In this document: positions 26,122-35,942 of the stretch, in pieces
Layout: every line of letters begins with the position of its first letter
How positions within the stretch are numbered: position 1 is the first letter of the stretch
Assembly: GCA_009700145.1 (NCBI GenBank)
Contig: WLMQ01000001.1
Location: 1-57,794, forward strand
Source: Actinomycetota bacterium
Lineage (GTDB): Bacteria; Actinomycetota; Acidimicrobiia; Acidimicrobiales; Ilumatobacteraceae
Direction of reading: 5' to 3'
DNA: 57,794 bases
Program-made: the position numbers and the translations under genes
The notes under the pieces: generated by a model
Told to the model about the DNA's origin: nothing
The model's input: only the letters and a program-made list of their open reading frames with translations
Database searches by the model: none

Positions 26122-27473
26122 GCAAACCAGTTCTTGTCTACGGCGTTGGAGTTGCGGGTCTCGCAACAATCAAATTTTTGCTCCGTCAAAATATTGATGT
26201 CATCGCTGCAGATGATCACCTTGACGAATCAAAGCACATTGAATTGCGCAAACTCGGAATTGAAGTTGTCACTGCACCGTCAGGAAATGTTCTGCGCGAC
26301 TTGGTAGCGAACTCGTCGTACGTCGCTCCTGCTCCCGGGATTCCAGAAACTCATTCAGTGATCAGCGAAGCAGTATCGCAACGAAAAGATCTGAAGACTG
26401 AACTTGATATTGCCTACGAATGGGAATCTCAGCGAGTCGGTGGAGCGCGGCCAATAGTGGCCGTGACTGGAACTGATGGCAAAACCACGACTGTGATGAT
26501 GGCTGAAGCGATTTTGCAGGCTGCCGGACGCAAGACAATTGCTTGCGGGAATACCGAAGTACCTCTTGTTGATGCGCTTGATATGGAAGTCGACTCTTTT
26601 GTCGTTGAAGCGTCCTCGTTTCGATTGGCCTTTATTGAAAGTTTTCGCGCAGAGGCCTCTGCCTGGTTGAACTTCGATTCCGATCATCTTGATTGGCACG
26701 CATCAATGGGTACCTATGAAGAGGCAAAAGCACGAATTTGGCGCAACGTGCAACCGACCGACACCGCCATCGGTGTTTCTGGTGAAACCGAAGTTCTGAA
26801 GCATCTACAAGTTGCAACATGTCGTCGTCGTGTTGTCGGAGGTTCGGGCGATTATCGAGTTGTTGACGGGACGCTGACCGGACCTCAGGGTGCGATCATG
26901 GGTTCGACAGATTTGCGACGATCATTACCTCACGATATTTCAAATGCTCTTGTTGCGAGCGCTTTGTGCATTGAGTCGGGTTTAGCAACCGCAACCCATG
27001 CAGCGAAAGCATTGTGTGCCTACACAGCGCCTCACCATCGGATTGAATTCATTGGCGAAAGCGACGGAGTTCGATGGTTCGACGACTCTAAAGCAACTTC
27101 TCCCCATGCGGTAGTGACAGCATTGCGTGGATTTAAATCAGTTGTACTTATTGCTGGCGGGCGCAATAAGGGATTAGATCTTGCACAAATCGCGGTTGAA
27201 GCATCGCGCGTGAAATCAGTTATTGCAATTGGTGATTCGGCTGAATTGATTGCGCAAATATTTGCTGGACTGAAGCCAGTAGTTGTGGCTGATTCGATGC
27301 AGGTTGCGGTCGAGCAAGCAGCGCGTTCGGCTTCGGCAGGTGATGTTGTCCTGCTTTCACCCGGTTGTACCAGTTTTGATTGGTACGGGGGCTACGCAGA
27401 ACGCGGGAATCACTTTGCTGGTCTAGTTCGTGATTATCTTTCTTCAGTTCGTTCACAAGGAGTTATCAAATGA
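26118..27473 (+). CDS. murD: UDP-MurNAc-L-Ala:D-Glu ligase MurD
   Basis: 451 aa with VAVTGTDGKTTT, a Mur-ligase middle and C-terminal pattern, and DDSKATSPHA. Confidence 0.9.
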   Translation: MSKPVLVYGVGVAGLATIKFLLRQNIDVIAADDHLDESKHIELRKLGIEVVTAPSGNVLRDLVANSSYVAPAPGIPETHSVISEAVSQRKDLKTELDIAYEWESQRVGGARPIVAVTGTDGKTTTVMMAEAILQAAGRKTIACGNTEVPLVDALDMEVDSFVVEASSFRLAFIESFRAEASAWLNFDSDHLDWHASMGTYEEAKARIWRNVQPTDTAIGVSGETEVLKHLQVATCRRRVVGGSGDYRVVDGTLTGPQGAIMGSTDLRRSLPHDISNALVASALCIESGLATATHAAKALCAYTAPHHRIEFIGESDGVRWFDDSKATSPHAVVTALRGFKSVVLIAGGRNKGLDLAQIAVEASRVKSVIAIGDSAELIAQIFAGLKPVVVADSMQVAVEQAARSASAGDVVLLSPGCTSFDWYGGYAERGNHFAGLVRDYLSSVRSQGVIK

Positions 27474-28699
27474 CCGTAGCTATACAACGGCAAACTCGCC
27501 GACCGAAAGAAATTTCTGATCGTCGACGACTTGCATATGAACGCGCTCAAATGGCTCGCGCGGGGCAGGGCAAAATCCGTTCACGTTTTCGTGAAGATGT
27601 CAGTCGTGACCCCAAGCCGCTCGGCTTTTACATGATTCTTGCTGTGTCCATCACCTTGGTTCTCTTTGGTTTGGTCATGGTTCTATCGGCTTCGTCAATC
27701 ACGTCATTTCATAATGGTGGTTCACCATGGAAGTTGTTTATTCGTCAGGCAACTATGGCGGCAGCCGGCGGACTCGGAATGTTCATGGCCTATGTGTTTC
27801 GTTTGGATTACTTGCGACACCTGGCCAAAGTTCTTCCATGGATTGGCATTGGGTTGATGTTGATGGCATTCATTCCAAAATTTGGAACGAGCGTCAATGG
27901 TGCTCATGCGTGGGTCCATATTGGTGACCAAAAACTTCAACCGTCTGAATTTATGAAGTTATTTATCATCATCTATGGAGCGGACTTATTGGCCAGCCGC
28001 GACAAAGAAATGGGAACTCTCAATCGCACGATGTTCCCATTTTTGGGCATGGTCGGTTTGGGCGCGTTGTTGTCGATCATCCAGAGCGACATTGGTTCAT
28101 GCATCGTGATGCTGGGAATTGCGACTTCCATTCTTTTTCTGGCAGGTGCTCCGTTGCGCCCGATGGCAGGCCTTGGTTTAGCTTCGGCAGTTTTTGGAAC
28201 GATCTACCTGAATATGAGTCCAGACAAAATGTCGCGCTTTACATCGTTCATGCATCTCGAAGCATTACGTGAGAGCGACAGTTATCAGGTGTATCAAGCG
28301 CTCATCAGCTTGTCGAACGGTGGAGTGACGGGCACAGGAATCGGAGCAGGAAGTGGTAAGTGGGGCTATGTTCCTTTGGCCCATAGCGACTTCATCTTTG
28401 CAATTTTGGCCGAAGAAATGGGTCTACTCGGGGTCATTGGGCTAGTAACGCTCTTCGCGTTCCTGATCTATTTCGGTCTGCAGGTGGCTCTGTCATGTCG
28501 CCATCGTTTCGGCATGCTGATGGCTGGCGGAATCTCGGCTTGGTTCCTGATTCAGATTGTTATCAACATTGGTGGTGTTGTTGGCCTGTTGCCCGTGACT
28601 GGGCTCACCTTGCCATTCATCTCTTTTGGTGGCTCATCGCTTATTGTCTCAATGGTGGCTTGCGGATTATTGATGAACGTAGCTCGCCGTCCGCGATGA
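27470..28699 (+). CDS. ftsW: SEDS peptidoglycan polymerase FtsW
   Basis: 409 aa with about 10 TM segments, QPSEFMKL, and the HSDFIFAILAEEMGLLG and GLTLPFISFGGSS motifs. Confidence 0.9.
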   Translation: MTVAIQRQTRRPKEISDRRRLAYERAQMARAGQGKIRSRFREDVSRDPKPLGFYMILAVSITLVLFGLVMVLSASSITSFHNGGSPWKLFIRQATMAAAGGLGMFMAYVFRLDYLRHLAKVLPWIGIGLMLMAFIPKFGTSVNGAHAWVHIGDQKLQPSEFMKLFIIIYGADLLASRDKEMGTLNRTMFPFLGMVGLGALLSIIQSDIGSCIVMLGIATSILFLAGAPLRPMAGLGLASAVFGTIYLNMSPDKMSRFTSFMHLEALRESDSYQVYQALISLSNGGVTGTGIGAGSGKWGYVPLAHSDFIFAILAEEMGLLGVIGLVTLFAFLIYFGLQVALSCRHRFGMLMAGGISAWFLIQIVINIGGVVGLLPVTGLTLPFISFGGSSLIVSMVACGLLMNVARRPR

Positions 28700-29820
28700 C
28701 GACGTTTGCGGTGATCGCAGGGGGTGGAACATCTGGACATGTTCTGCCAGCAATTGCGATTGCTGAATCGCTGGTCGACGCCGGGATTGACCTCCAGCAG
28801 ATTTATTACACCGGCGCCCAAAGGGGTATTGAGACCGAACTCATTCCGTCCTTTGGGATTCGCTATTCCTTTTTTGATGTAGTTGGGCTACAGAGAAGTT
28901 TCTCAGTGAAAGCACTGCGAAACAATTTTGCATTCTTGCCGCGATTGCTCAAGGCGCGGCGCCGTGCTGTCGTGCTCTTCAAAGATGAATTGCCCAAAGT
29001 AGTTGTCAGTGTTGGTGGGTATGCAAGTTTGCCTGCAGTTTTGGCAGCACGAAAATTGGATATTCCCATTGTTGTAGTCAGCTACGACCGAATCCCTGGA
29101 AGATCTAGCAAATTGACTTCGCGATTTGCCCAGGCAACTGCTGTGGCATTTCCGTCAAGCGAACTTCGTCGAGCCATCATGACTGGTGCTCCCGTTCGGC
29201 GAGTCATTCGAAATATCGATCGAGTGCAAGATCGAAGTGCTGCGCGGCAGCGCCTCGGTGTTCCTGAAGGCGCTTTTTTTATTGGGGTTATCGGAGGATC
29301 GCTTGGTTCGCTCATGCTGAATAACGCAGTGAGCGAGTTCGTGAAAGAATTTAAAGATGACTCGCAGTTGGCTCTTCGACATGTCGTGGGGCCACGATTT
29401 ATGAAGACATACGCGAATCCGGTCGCCCAGTCAGAAGTCGCTATGACATACCAAGTTGTCGCTTATGAAGAAAATATGGCCGATATTTATGGCAGCGTCG
29501 ATTTGCTCATCGGACGTGGTGGAGCAGGGACAATCGCGGATGTGGCAGCAACCGGAGTCCCCGCAATTTTGATTCCATGGAAAGGTGCAGCAGATGATCA
29601 TCAAACAGCCAACGTGCGTTACCTTTCAGAAAACGGAGCGGCGATACTGTTGCCCGAAGAAGATGTTGCGAAAGAGCTGTCAAAAATCATTCGTGAACTT
29701 CGATCTGATTCTGAAAAACTGCAGAAAATTTCAGCGAGAGCATTTGAGATTGGTGAGTTAAATCGCCAAGGCACGATTGCCTCTGTTATTCAAGACGTCG
29801 CAAATGGTGGCAACGTATGA
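28696..29820 (+). CDS. murG: UDP-GlcNAc:lipid I GlcNAc transferase MurG
   Basis: I place the start at ATG 28696 (an ATGA overlap with the ftsW stop), giving MTTFAVIAGGGTSGHVLPA. The ORF-track start at 28495 lies inside ftsW in another frame. The C-terminal GRGGAGTIADV and DDHQTANV motifs are present. Confidence 0.9.
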   Translation: MTTFAVIAGGGTSGHVLPAIAIAESLVDAGIDLQQIYYTGAQRGIETELIPSFGIRYSFFDVVGLQRSFSVKALRNNFAFLPRLLKARRRAVVLFKDELPKVVVSVGGYASLPAVLAARKLDIPIVVVSYDRIPGRSSKLTSRFAQATAVAFPSSELRRAIMTGAPVRRVIRNIDRVQDRSAARQRLGVPEGAFFIGVIGGSLGSLMLNNAVSEFVKEFKDDSQLALRHVVGPRFMKTYANPVAQSEVAMTYQVVAYEENMADIYGSVDLLIGRGGAGTIADVAATGVPAILIPWKGAADDHQTANVRYLSENGAAILLPEEDVAKELSKIIRELRSDSEKLQKISARAFEIGELNRQGTIASVIQDVANGGNV

Positions 29821-31223
29821 GAGAAATTCTCGACTTGCATCAGCACTCGCGCATCCATGTTGTTGGTGTCGGCGGTCCTGGCATGAGCGCGATTGCAACC
29901 TGTCTCGTGCAGATGGGTCACGAGGTTTCGGGAAGCGATATTAAGAATTCCGATGTCATCAACCGGTTATCTGGTCTAGGTATACAGATCAATATTGGTC
30001 ACGACCAATCGGTCATTCACGGGTGTGATGCGGTGACGGCCTCATCTGCGATTCCTCAATCAAATATTGAGTTAGTTGCAGCAGAACAAAGTGGTGTTCA
30101 GGTCCTGACACGAGCGGCGATGCTCGCATCTATTTGCGCAATGCGGCCATCAATTGCCGTTGCCGGAACGCACGGTAAGACAACGACGACGTCATTGTTG
30201 GTTCGTATTTTTACTGAAGCTGGGCTCGACCCGAACTTCGTTGTCGGTGGGGATGTCCTTGACGAGGGAGTCGGGGCAAGGTGGACGGGATCGGCGTGGA
30301 CAATTGTTGAGGCCGACGAGAGTGATGGAACTCATCTTGAATTGCCTTTGACTGCGTCGATACTCACAAATGTTGACTCAGATCATCTCGACCAATACGG
30401 GGACCTTCAAGGAGTTGCCGCTGGGTTCCAGCAGTACTTATCGGGGATCCAAGGACCAGTGGTTGTTTGCATCGATGATCCGCTCATCGCAGGTATGCAA
30501 ACACCTATCCAAACTGTTACCTACGGATTTTCATCTGACGCGAATTTCCGATGTCATTCAATCGAGGCAACAAATGGTGAAACGACATTTTCCATAACCT
30601 CAAACGATCCAGCAACCCACTCAGCCGATCTCAAGGTACGGATGTCATTGCGTGGTCGACACAACGTACTCAACGTCACTGGTGCTATTGCGATGGCGAT
30701 AAACCTTGGCGTTGACCCTCAAGTTGCGATCGCTGCAGTTGCAAAATTTGGTGGGGTTGGGCGGCGGTTTGAAATTATTGGAAATGTCGACGGCATTACC
30801 TTTGTTGATGATTACGCACATTTGCCTCGAGAAATATCGGCAGTGATGTCCGCTGCAAAAACGAGTGATGATCGCTGGGGTCGGTTGGTAGCAGTGTTTC
30901 AACCCAATCGTTATCACCGCATGGCGATTATGTCTGATGAGTACGCCGACGCATTCGTCGATGCAGACGTTGTTGTGATCACCGATATTTATGCATCGGG
31001 AACGAAAAAGATTGAAGGAGTGACCGGGCATCTCGTGGTGGATGCAGTCGCAAGTGCACATCCCACGAGTCAAATACTGTGGCACGCAGACCGCGAATCG
31101 TTGGCCGAATTTGTGAACCAAGTCCTTCGTGCCGGCGATGTCTGTATTTCGATGGGCTGCGGCGATGTTGAATTCTTGCCCCGTGAAATCATTCACCTTC
31201 GTTCTGGCGGTAAGAATTCATGA
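29817..31223 (+). CDS. murC: UDP-MurNAc:L-Ala ligase MurC
   Basis: 468 aa with HVVGVGGPGMSAIA, VAGTHGKTTTT and DDYAHLP. Confidence 0.9.
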   Translation: MREILDLHQHSRIHVVGVGGPGMSAIATCLVQMGHEVSGSDIKNSDVINRLSGLGIQINIGHDQSVIHGCDAVTASSAIPQSNIELVAAEQSGVQVLTRAAMLASICAMRPSIAVAGTHGKTTTTSLLVRIFTEAGLDPNFVVGGDVLDEGVGARWTGSAWTIVEADESDGTHLELPLTASILTNVDSDHLDQYGDLQGVAAGFQQYLSGIQGPVVVCIDDPLIAGMQTPIQTVTYGFSSDANFRCHSIEATNGETTFSITSNDPATHSADLKVRMSLRGRHNVLNVTGAIAMAINLGVDPQVAIAAVAKFGGVGRRFEIIGNVDGITFVDDYAHLPREISAVMSAAKTSDDRWGRLVAVFQPNRYHRMAIMSDEYADAFVDADVVVITDIYASGTKKIEGVTGHLVVDAVASAHPTSQILWHADRESLAEFVNQVLRAGDVCISMGCGDVEFLPREIIHLRSGGKNS

Positions 31224-32170
31224 GTTCAAATATTGAACAAGCTGCGCTGGCTCTCGGAGATTTGGCACAACGCCATTTTCCGGTGTCCACATTGACGACA
31301 TACAAGGTCGGAGGAACGGCCGCGCTATTTTGCCGAGTCAATGATTTGGCGACTTTGTTGAAAGTCGTGCAAGTGGCAAAGGATTCATCACTCGACCTCG
31401 TTGTGCTCGGGCGCGGGAGCAATAGTTTGTTCGCCGATACAGAGTTCGAAGGGATCGTGGCGCAACTTGGCGATTTTGCGCAACATCTAGATTTGCCACA
31501 GGAAACCGACGAGTGCGTGGTGACGGTTGGTTCGGCAGTCGCCCTGCCGGTGATGGCTCGACGTACGGCCGCTGCTGGACTTTGTGGATTTGAATGGGCT
31601 GTTGGAGTGCCCGGCACTATTGGTGGAGCGATCAAAATGAATGCCGGAGGACATGGATCAGATATCGACGAGTCTTTGCTGAGCGTGCGCATGTATTCGA
31701 GTCGTTCGGGCCAAATTTGCGAGATGGAAAAGTCAGATTTAGGTTTGCGTTTTCGTGGCTCATCAATAGCTGACGATGACATTGTTATTGATGCGACGTT
31801 TCAATTGACTTGGGGAGACAGCGAACGAGCCTTGAGCATGATTGATGACATCGTGAAATGGCGTCGCGAGAATCAGCCCGGCGGGCAAAATGCTGGTTCA
31901 GTTTTTGTCAATCCAGTTCCTGGAGAAGTAGCCGCCGGTGAGTTAATCGATCAGAGCGGACTTCGTGGATTCCGCATTGGTACTGCCGAAGTTTCCACGA
32001 AACACGCCAATTTTATTCAGGCTGATCCTGACGGATGTGCAAGTGATGTCGTTGCTGTGATGGAGCATGTCAAAAAAGTTGTGAAGGACAAACACGGGTT
32101 CGACCTTCGCTCAGAAGTACGGCTCATCGGGTTTGATGATGGAACGAGAGCTCGAGGAAGTCATGAGTGA
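31220..32170 (+). CDS. murB: UDP-N-acetylenolpyruvoylglucosamine reductase MurB
   Basis: 316 aa with TTYKVGGTAALF, VLGRGSNSLF, GVPGTIGGAIKMNAGGHG and GSVFVNP. Confidence 0.88.
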   Translation: MSSNIEQAALALGDLAQRHFPVSTLTTYKVGGTAALFCRVNDLATLLKVVQVAKDSSLDLVVLGRGSNSLFADTEFEGIVAQLGDFAQHLDLPQETDECVVTVGSAVALPVMARRTAAAGLCGFEWAVGVPGTIGGAIKMNAGGHGSDIDESLLSVRMYSSRSGQICEMEKSDLGLRFRGSSIADDDIVIDATFQLTWGDSERALSMIDDIVKWRRENQPGGQNAGSVFVNPVPGEVAAGELIDQSGLRGFRIGTAEVSTKHANFIQADPDGCASDVVAVMEHVKKVVKDKHGFDLRSEVRLIGFDDGTRARGSHE

Positions 32171-33098
32171 CAAATTTTCAGTCTTGAAGAAGCTTGCCCA
32201 AAAGATTCGCCCAATTGATTTTGATGATTCAGATGATTTGGTCAAAACCCCGAAGGCTTCGGCGACAAAAGTCGATAGCTCAGGTAAAAAGCGCGTCGTC
32301 ATTACTGATGACTCGGAGGTCATTGATCGAAAATCACCTCGATCCGCATCTGACAACGGCGCATCTCGTTTTCGCTTACGCCGCATAGCGGTTCGCCGCG
32401 AAGAGGGGAGGAGGCGTCTGCGATGGTTCACGATTGTTGGACTTGTCGTCGGAGCGGGCGTCGTCATCCTGCTCTTATTGACAAGTCCGATCTTGTCGGT
32501 CCGCAAGGTTGATGTGGAAGGCGTCGTGTATGCCGACCCCGATCTCATTGCATCGGTTGTAGACAGTGTTTCAGGTGAACCGATATTGACGGTCGACTTA
32601 GATGCTGCGGAAAAGAAACTACTGACGATTTCGTGGGTACGACAAGCGCGAGTCTCGATGCATCTTCCGTCTCGGGTCACGATTGAAATTGTTGAACGCA
32701 CTCCGATCGCATTCTTCCGTTCGGTCGACGGATTTAACCGAGTGATCGATCGTGATGGGCGAGTACTCGATGTCATTGAGGGAGATCCCACCGATTACAC
32801 GCCGATGATCGGCACTGGTCCGAACATTTCGGCTGGACAAACAGTTGAACAACCCTTTTTGGGGGCCGCTCAATTGATCAATGCTTTGCCGGCCGATTTG
32901 CAGGCTCGCCTGTTGACAGTGACGGTGAGTCCAGAGGGCGAAGTTTCTTTAGAACTCACCAATGATGTTGAGGTGCTGTTTGGACGACCCGACGATTTCC
33001 AGGTCAAATTGGTTGGGGTCGTGAATGAAATCAAGCGGCAGGGGAGTAATCGTTATGCCGTGATTGACGTTTCGAGCGGTCAGCCGAGTGTTCGATGA
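32133..33098 (+). CDS. ftsQ: cell division protein FtsQ (POTRA domain)
   Basis: The gene is in the expected cluster position. It has a basic cytoplasmic N-terminus, one TM segment (WFTIVGLVVGAGVVILLLL), a POTRA-like VRKVDVEGVVYADPDLI segment, and an FtsQ beta domain. The start is either ATG 32133 or ATG 32163, and both overlap the murB 3' end. Confidence 0.75.
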   Translation: MMMERELEEVMSDKFSVLKKLAQKIRPIDFDDSDDLVKTPKASATKVDSSGKKRVVITDDSEVIDRKSPRSASDNGASRFRLRRIAVRREEGRRRLRWFTIVGLVVGAGVVILLLLTSPILSVRKVDVEGVVYADPDLIASVVDSVSGEPILTVDLDAAEKKLLTISWVRQARVSMHLPSRVTIEIVERTPIAFFRSVDGFNRVIDRDGRVLDVIEGDPTDYTPMIGTGPNISAGQTVEQPFLGAAQLINALPADLQARLLTVTVSPEGEVSLELTNDVEVLFGRPDDFQVKLVGVVNEIKRQGSNRYAVIDVSSGQPSVR

Positions 33099-33109
33099 CG
33101 AATAAGTAC

Positions 33110-33139
33110 TTGAATTGCGAGAATGAAGTCTCAAATAAT
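33110..33139 (+). promoter_or_regulatory. possible ftsZ promoter (TTGAAT, 18 nt, AATAAT)
   Basis: The hexamers lie at 33110-33115 and 33134-33139, in the only sizeable intergenic gap inside the dcw cluster. The call rests on sequence pattern only. Confidence 0.25.
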
Positions 33140-33295
33140 GTCCCAATTGCGACTGTGAGCAGGACTTCTGATGGGCCCTTTGATTGGGTATCCCCCCATT
33201 AGAGATTCAGAAGTGCGAGACTTAACTACGAATTACCAGTAATTTTCAACTCAACGTCGGCTTGCCGACACCCGAAAGTGGAGGAGTCTCCCGAC

Positions 33296-34408
33296 ATGGT
33301 TGGTGGACAAAACAATTACATCTGCCAGATCAAGGTTGTTGGCGTCGGTGGCGGTGGCGTCAACGCAATTAACCGAATGATCGAGCGAAATCTGCGTGGG
33401 GTCGAATTCATTGCGATCAACACCGATATCCAGGCCTTGATGACAAGCGATGCTGAGTTAAAACTCGATGTCGGTCGTGACCTCACTCGCGGACTTGGCG
33501 CTGGTAGCGATCCCGAAGTTGGACGTCAAGCAGCCGAAGCTCATCGCGATGAAATCGAAGATGCGCTCAAAGGCGCGGACATGGTTTTCATTGCTGCGGG
33601 TGAAGGTGGAGGTACCGGAACTGGTGCTGCGCCCGTCGTTGCTGAAATCGCTAAGGCTGCTGGTGCTCTGACCATCGCTATTGTGACTCGCCCGTTCTCT
33701 TTTGAAGGACGTCGTCGTGCCGTACAGGCCGATGCTGGCATTGCCAAGCTCAAAGAAAAAGTGGACACCTTGATTGTTGTTCCGAATGATCGTCTGCTGT
33801 CAGTCGTAGATGCTCGTGACACCGTCATGGAAGCATTTGCTCGGGCCGATGAGGTTTTGTACAGTGGTGTGTCGGGTATTTCTGAATTGATTACCAACCC
33901 AGGCCTCATCAACACCGACTTTGCTGACGTCAAGATGACATTGCAGAACGCTGGTTCGGCGTTAATGGGTATCGGTTCGGCAAGTGGCGATAGCCGTGCT
34001 CGTGATGCAGCTTTGAAGGCACTGTCGAGCAATTTGCTCGAAGCATCAATTGAAGGTGCCCGTGGAGTGCTTCTCAATGTCACCGGTCCTTCATCGATGA
34101 CCTTGATGGAGATGAACGAAGCCGCAGAAATTATTCACGGCATCGCGCATCAAGATGCAAACATCATTTTCGGTACGGTTATCAACGATGACATGGGCGA
34201 TGAAGTCCGTGTCACCGTGATCGCTGCTGGTTTTGATCGCTGGGAAGGCGCTCCGCAAGTTCGTCCAACTGGACGTCCCGCTGCACGCTCAAGTCAAACC
34301 GGTGGTACTGCTCGCACTCCGGCACCAGCCAAGGACATCTTTGCGTCTGATCCCGTGTCAACTGACGACGGCGATGACGATTTCGATGTCCCGTCGTTCC
34401 TGAAGTGA
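33296..34408 (+). CDS. ftsZ: cell division GTPase FtsZ
   Basis: [17 protein letters not shown] and the tubulin signature GAGSDPEVG...[14 protein letters not shown] are present, along with the C-terminal peptide [11 protein letters not shown] prefer ATG 33296 because GGAGGAG at 33280-33286 lies 9 nt upstream. The ORF track starts at GTG 33278. Confidence 0.93.
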   Translation: MVGGQNNYICQIKVVGVGGGGVNAINRMIERNLRGVEFIAINTDIQALMTSDAELKLDVGRDLTRGLGAGSDPEVGRQAAEAHRDEIEDALKGADMVFIAAGEGGGTGTGAAPVVAEIAKAAGALTIAIVTRPFSFEGRRRAVQADAGIAKLKEKVDTLIVVPNDRLLSVVDARDTVMEAFARADEVLYSGVSGISELITNPGLINTDFADVKMTLQNAGSALMGIGSASGDSRARDAALKALSSNLLEASIEGARGVLLNVTGPSSMTLMEMNEAAEIIHGIAHQDANIIFGTVINDDMGDEVRVTVIAAGFDRWEGAPQVRPTGRPAARSSQTGGTARTPAPAKDIFASDPVSTDDGDDDFDVPSFLK

Positions 34409-34421
34409 GACTGCGGGCCTC

Positions 34422-35102
34422 ATGCCCGCAAAAGACATAATGCCCGAGGCCGAGCGGATCCGAGAAAACTACGAGTCGCTCGTGCAACGGGTTCATCGTC
34501 TCGGGGGCGACAATGTTCAAATCATCGCCGTGACTAAAACTTTTCCCGCAAGTGCAGTTAATGCTGTTGTTGCTGCGGGGTGTTCGCTCATCGGTGAGAA
34601 TTACGCTCAAGATTTGTTGGAAAAGTGGCCAGAAGTTGACGTGAACCATCGGCCCGAAGTTCATTTTATTGGTCGTTTGCAGACCAACAAGGTTCGATCA
34701 CTATGCCAGGTCGTCGACGTGTGGCAATCGGTTGATCGCCTTTCAGTTGTTGATGAAATTGCGCGCCGAGCGCCAGGTGCTCAAGTCATGTTGCAGGTCA
34801 ATGCGGCTGGCGAGTCCGATAAGGGCGGTTGTGCAGTCAGCGACCTTGAGAGCCTGTACGAACATTGCCTAGCTTTGGGATTAACAGTGACCGGATTAAT
34901 GACTGTGGGACCAACGAACGGTGAGATTGTGGCGACTCGACAGGCTTTCGAGACGACTGCTCGCTGTGCTCAAGCATGGGGATTACGTGAAGTTTCGATG
35001 GGTATGACTGGCGATCTTGAACTGGCAATCGACTGCGGGTCAACCATGGTTCGCGTTGGGTCAGCAATCTTCGGTGACCGTCCACCCATGGCCGATAAAT
35101 AG
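34422..35102 (+). CDS. yggS: YggS-family pyridoxal-phosphate homeostasis protein
   Basis: 226 aa with [13 protein letters not shown] (the PLP lysine), [18 protein letters not shown] and MGMTGD. Confidence 0.85.
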   Translation: MPAKDIMPEAERIRENYESLVQRVHRLGGDNVQIIAVTKTFPASAVNAVVAAGCSLIGENYAQDLLEKWPEVDVNHRPEVHFIGRLQTNKVRSLCQVVDVWQSVDRLSVVDEIARRAPGAQVMLQVNAAGESDKGGCAVSDLESLYEHCLALGLTVTGLMTVGPTNGEIVATRQAFETTARCAQAWGLREVSMGMTGDLELAIDCGSTMVRVGSAIFGDRPPMADK

Positions 35103-35116
35103 CGACTATTCTTTCG

Positions 35117-35644
35117 GTGATGTCAATTTTTAGACGAGCGATGGATTACCTCGGCCTTGGCGAGGATGATGCGTACGACGATTACGACGACCATGATTCG
35201 GTTGATCGTTCTGGAGGCGTTTCGCGCACTGCCGACTCACGCGGTGGCTTTGACGAGTCGCGTCCGGTTGCCCGTCAAGTTTCGCCTCGCGATACCGATC
35301 CTGTTCCCACACCGCGTCGTTCTCAGTTTGATGATTCGTCGGTGCAGCCTCGTCCGATTTCAGCACGCCAGGGTTCGTCGGTTCGAACATTGGGCGGGTC
35401 AACCCAGGGTGAAACTCATACCGTCAAAGCCATTCGGTTTAATGACATTCAAGAAGTCGCCAATCGTTTTCGTGATGGTCATGCGGTCATTTTGAATACT
35501 GAGGGTTGCGACGACGAAGTTGCTCGTCGCATGATCGATTTTTCGAGCGGACTGTGTTACGCCTTGCACGGCAAAATTGAAAAAGTCGCTCGTGGTGTGT
35601 ATCTGCTGAAGCCAGATAATCGCCCTGCCAATCCCGAGTACTGA
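35117..35644 (+). CDS. sepF: cell division protein SepF
   Basis: 175 aa with an N-terminal membrane-targeting helix ([12 protein letters not shown]), a disordered linker, and the C-terminal SepF core ([20 protein letters not shown]...[29 protein letters not shown]). Confidence 0.88.
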   Translation: MMSIFRRAMDYLGLGEDDAYDDYDDHDSVDRSGGVSRTADSRGGFDESRPVARQVSPRDTDPVPTPRRSQFDDSSVQPRPISARQGSSVRTLGGSTQGETHTVKAIRFNDIQEVANRFRDGHAVILNTEGCDDEVARRMIDFSSGLCYALHGKIEKVARGVYLLKPDNRPANPEY

Positions 35645-35649
35645 GTCGC

Positions 35650-35892
35650 ATGAATATCCTCAGAACTTTGATCAACCTGTATACCCTTGTGCTTTTGTTG
35701 CGCGTTGTTATGTCGTGGTTTCCGCCATCCTCGTCACACAGTCCAATGGCCTTAGTTCAATCGTGGTTGTACAAGATGACCGAGCCAGTATTGGGCCCAA
35801 TTCGGCGTACATTGCCCCCAATGGGCGGCCTTGATTTGTCGCCAATGCTCCTTTTGATTGCGTTGCAGATACTCGGTAAAGCATTGGCGTAG
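35650..35892 (+). CDS. yggT: YggT-family membrane protein
   Basis: 80 aa with LLLRVVMSWF, P.L.PIRR.LPP.GG.DLSP and two TM segments. It sits in the conserved position after sepF. Confidence 0.8.
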   Translation: MNILRTLINLYTLVLLLRVVMSWFPPSSSHSPMALVQSWLYKMTEPVLGPIRRTLPPMGGLDLSPMLLLIALQILGKALA

Positions 35893-35942
35893 TGCCGATA
35901 TCCTTGCTCAATCGTTGATTTTCTGATTGAGACTGACTAATT

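Noticed and set aside
28495-28695. 5'-extended ORF-track starts for murG (28495), priA (53565), def (56040), mihF (49758), the Lys-rich protein (39054) and the IMPase (7032).
   Set aside because: The extensions overlap the preceding conserved gene in another frame or lack conservation-like sequence. Internal starts give canonical N-termini (for example MTTFAVIAGGGTSGH and MSYQIRTFGDPVL) and ATGA-type coupling or a proper RBS.
35893-35942. A possible T-box leader upstream of ileS, as is known for actinobacterial ileS genes.
   Set aside because: Only 50 nt separate yggT and ileS. The spacer contains a simple 7-bp hairpin (35907-35931) but no T-box core sequence or specifier-loop architecture that I can recognise. 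The hairpin has no U-tract, so it is not a canonical terminator either.
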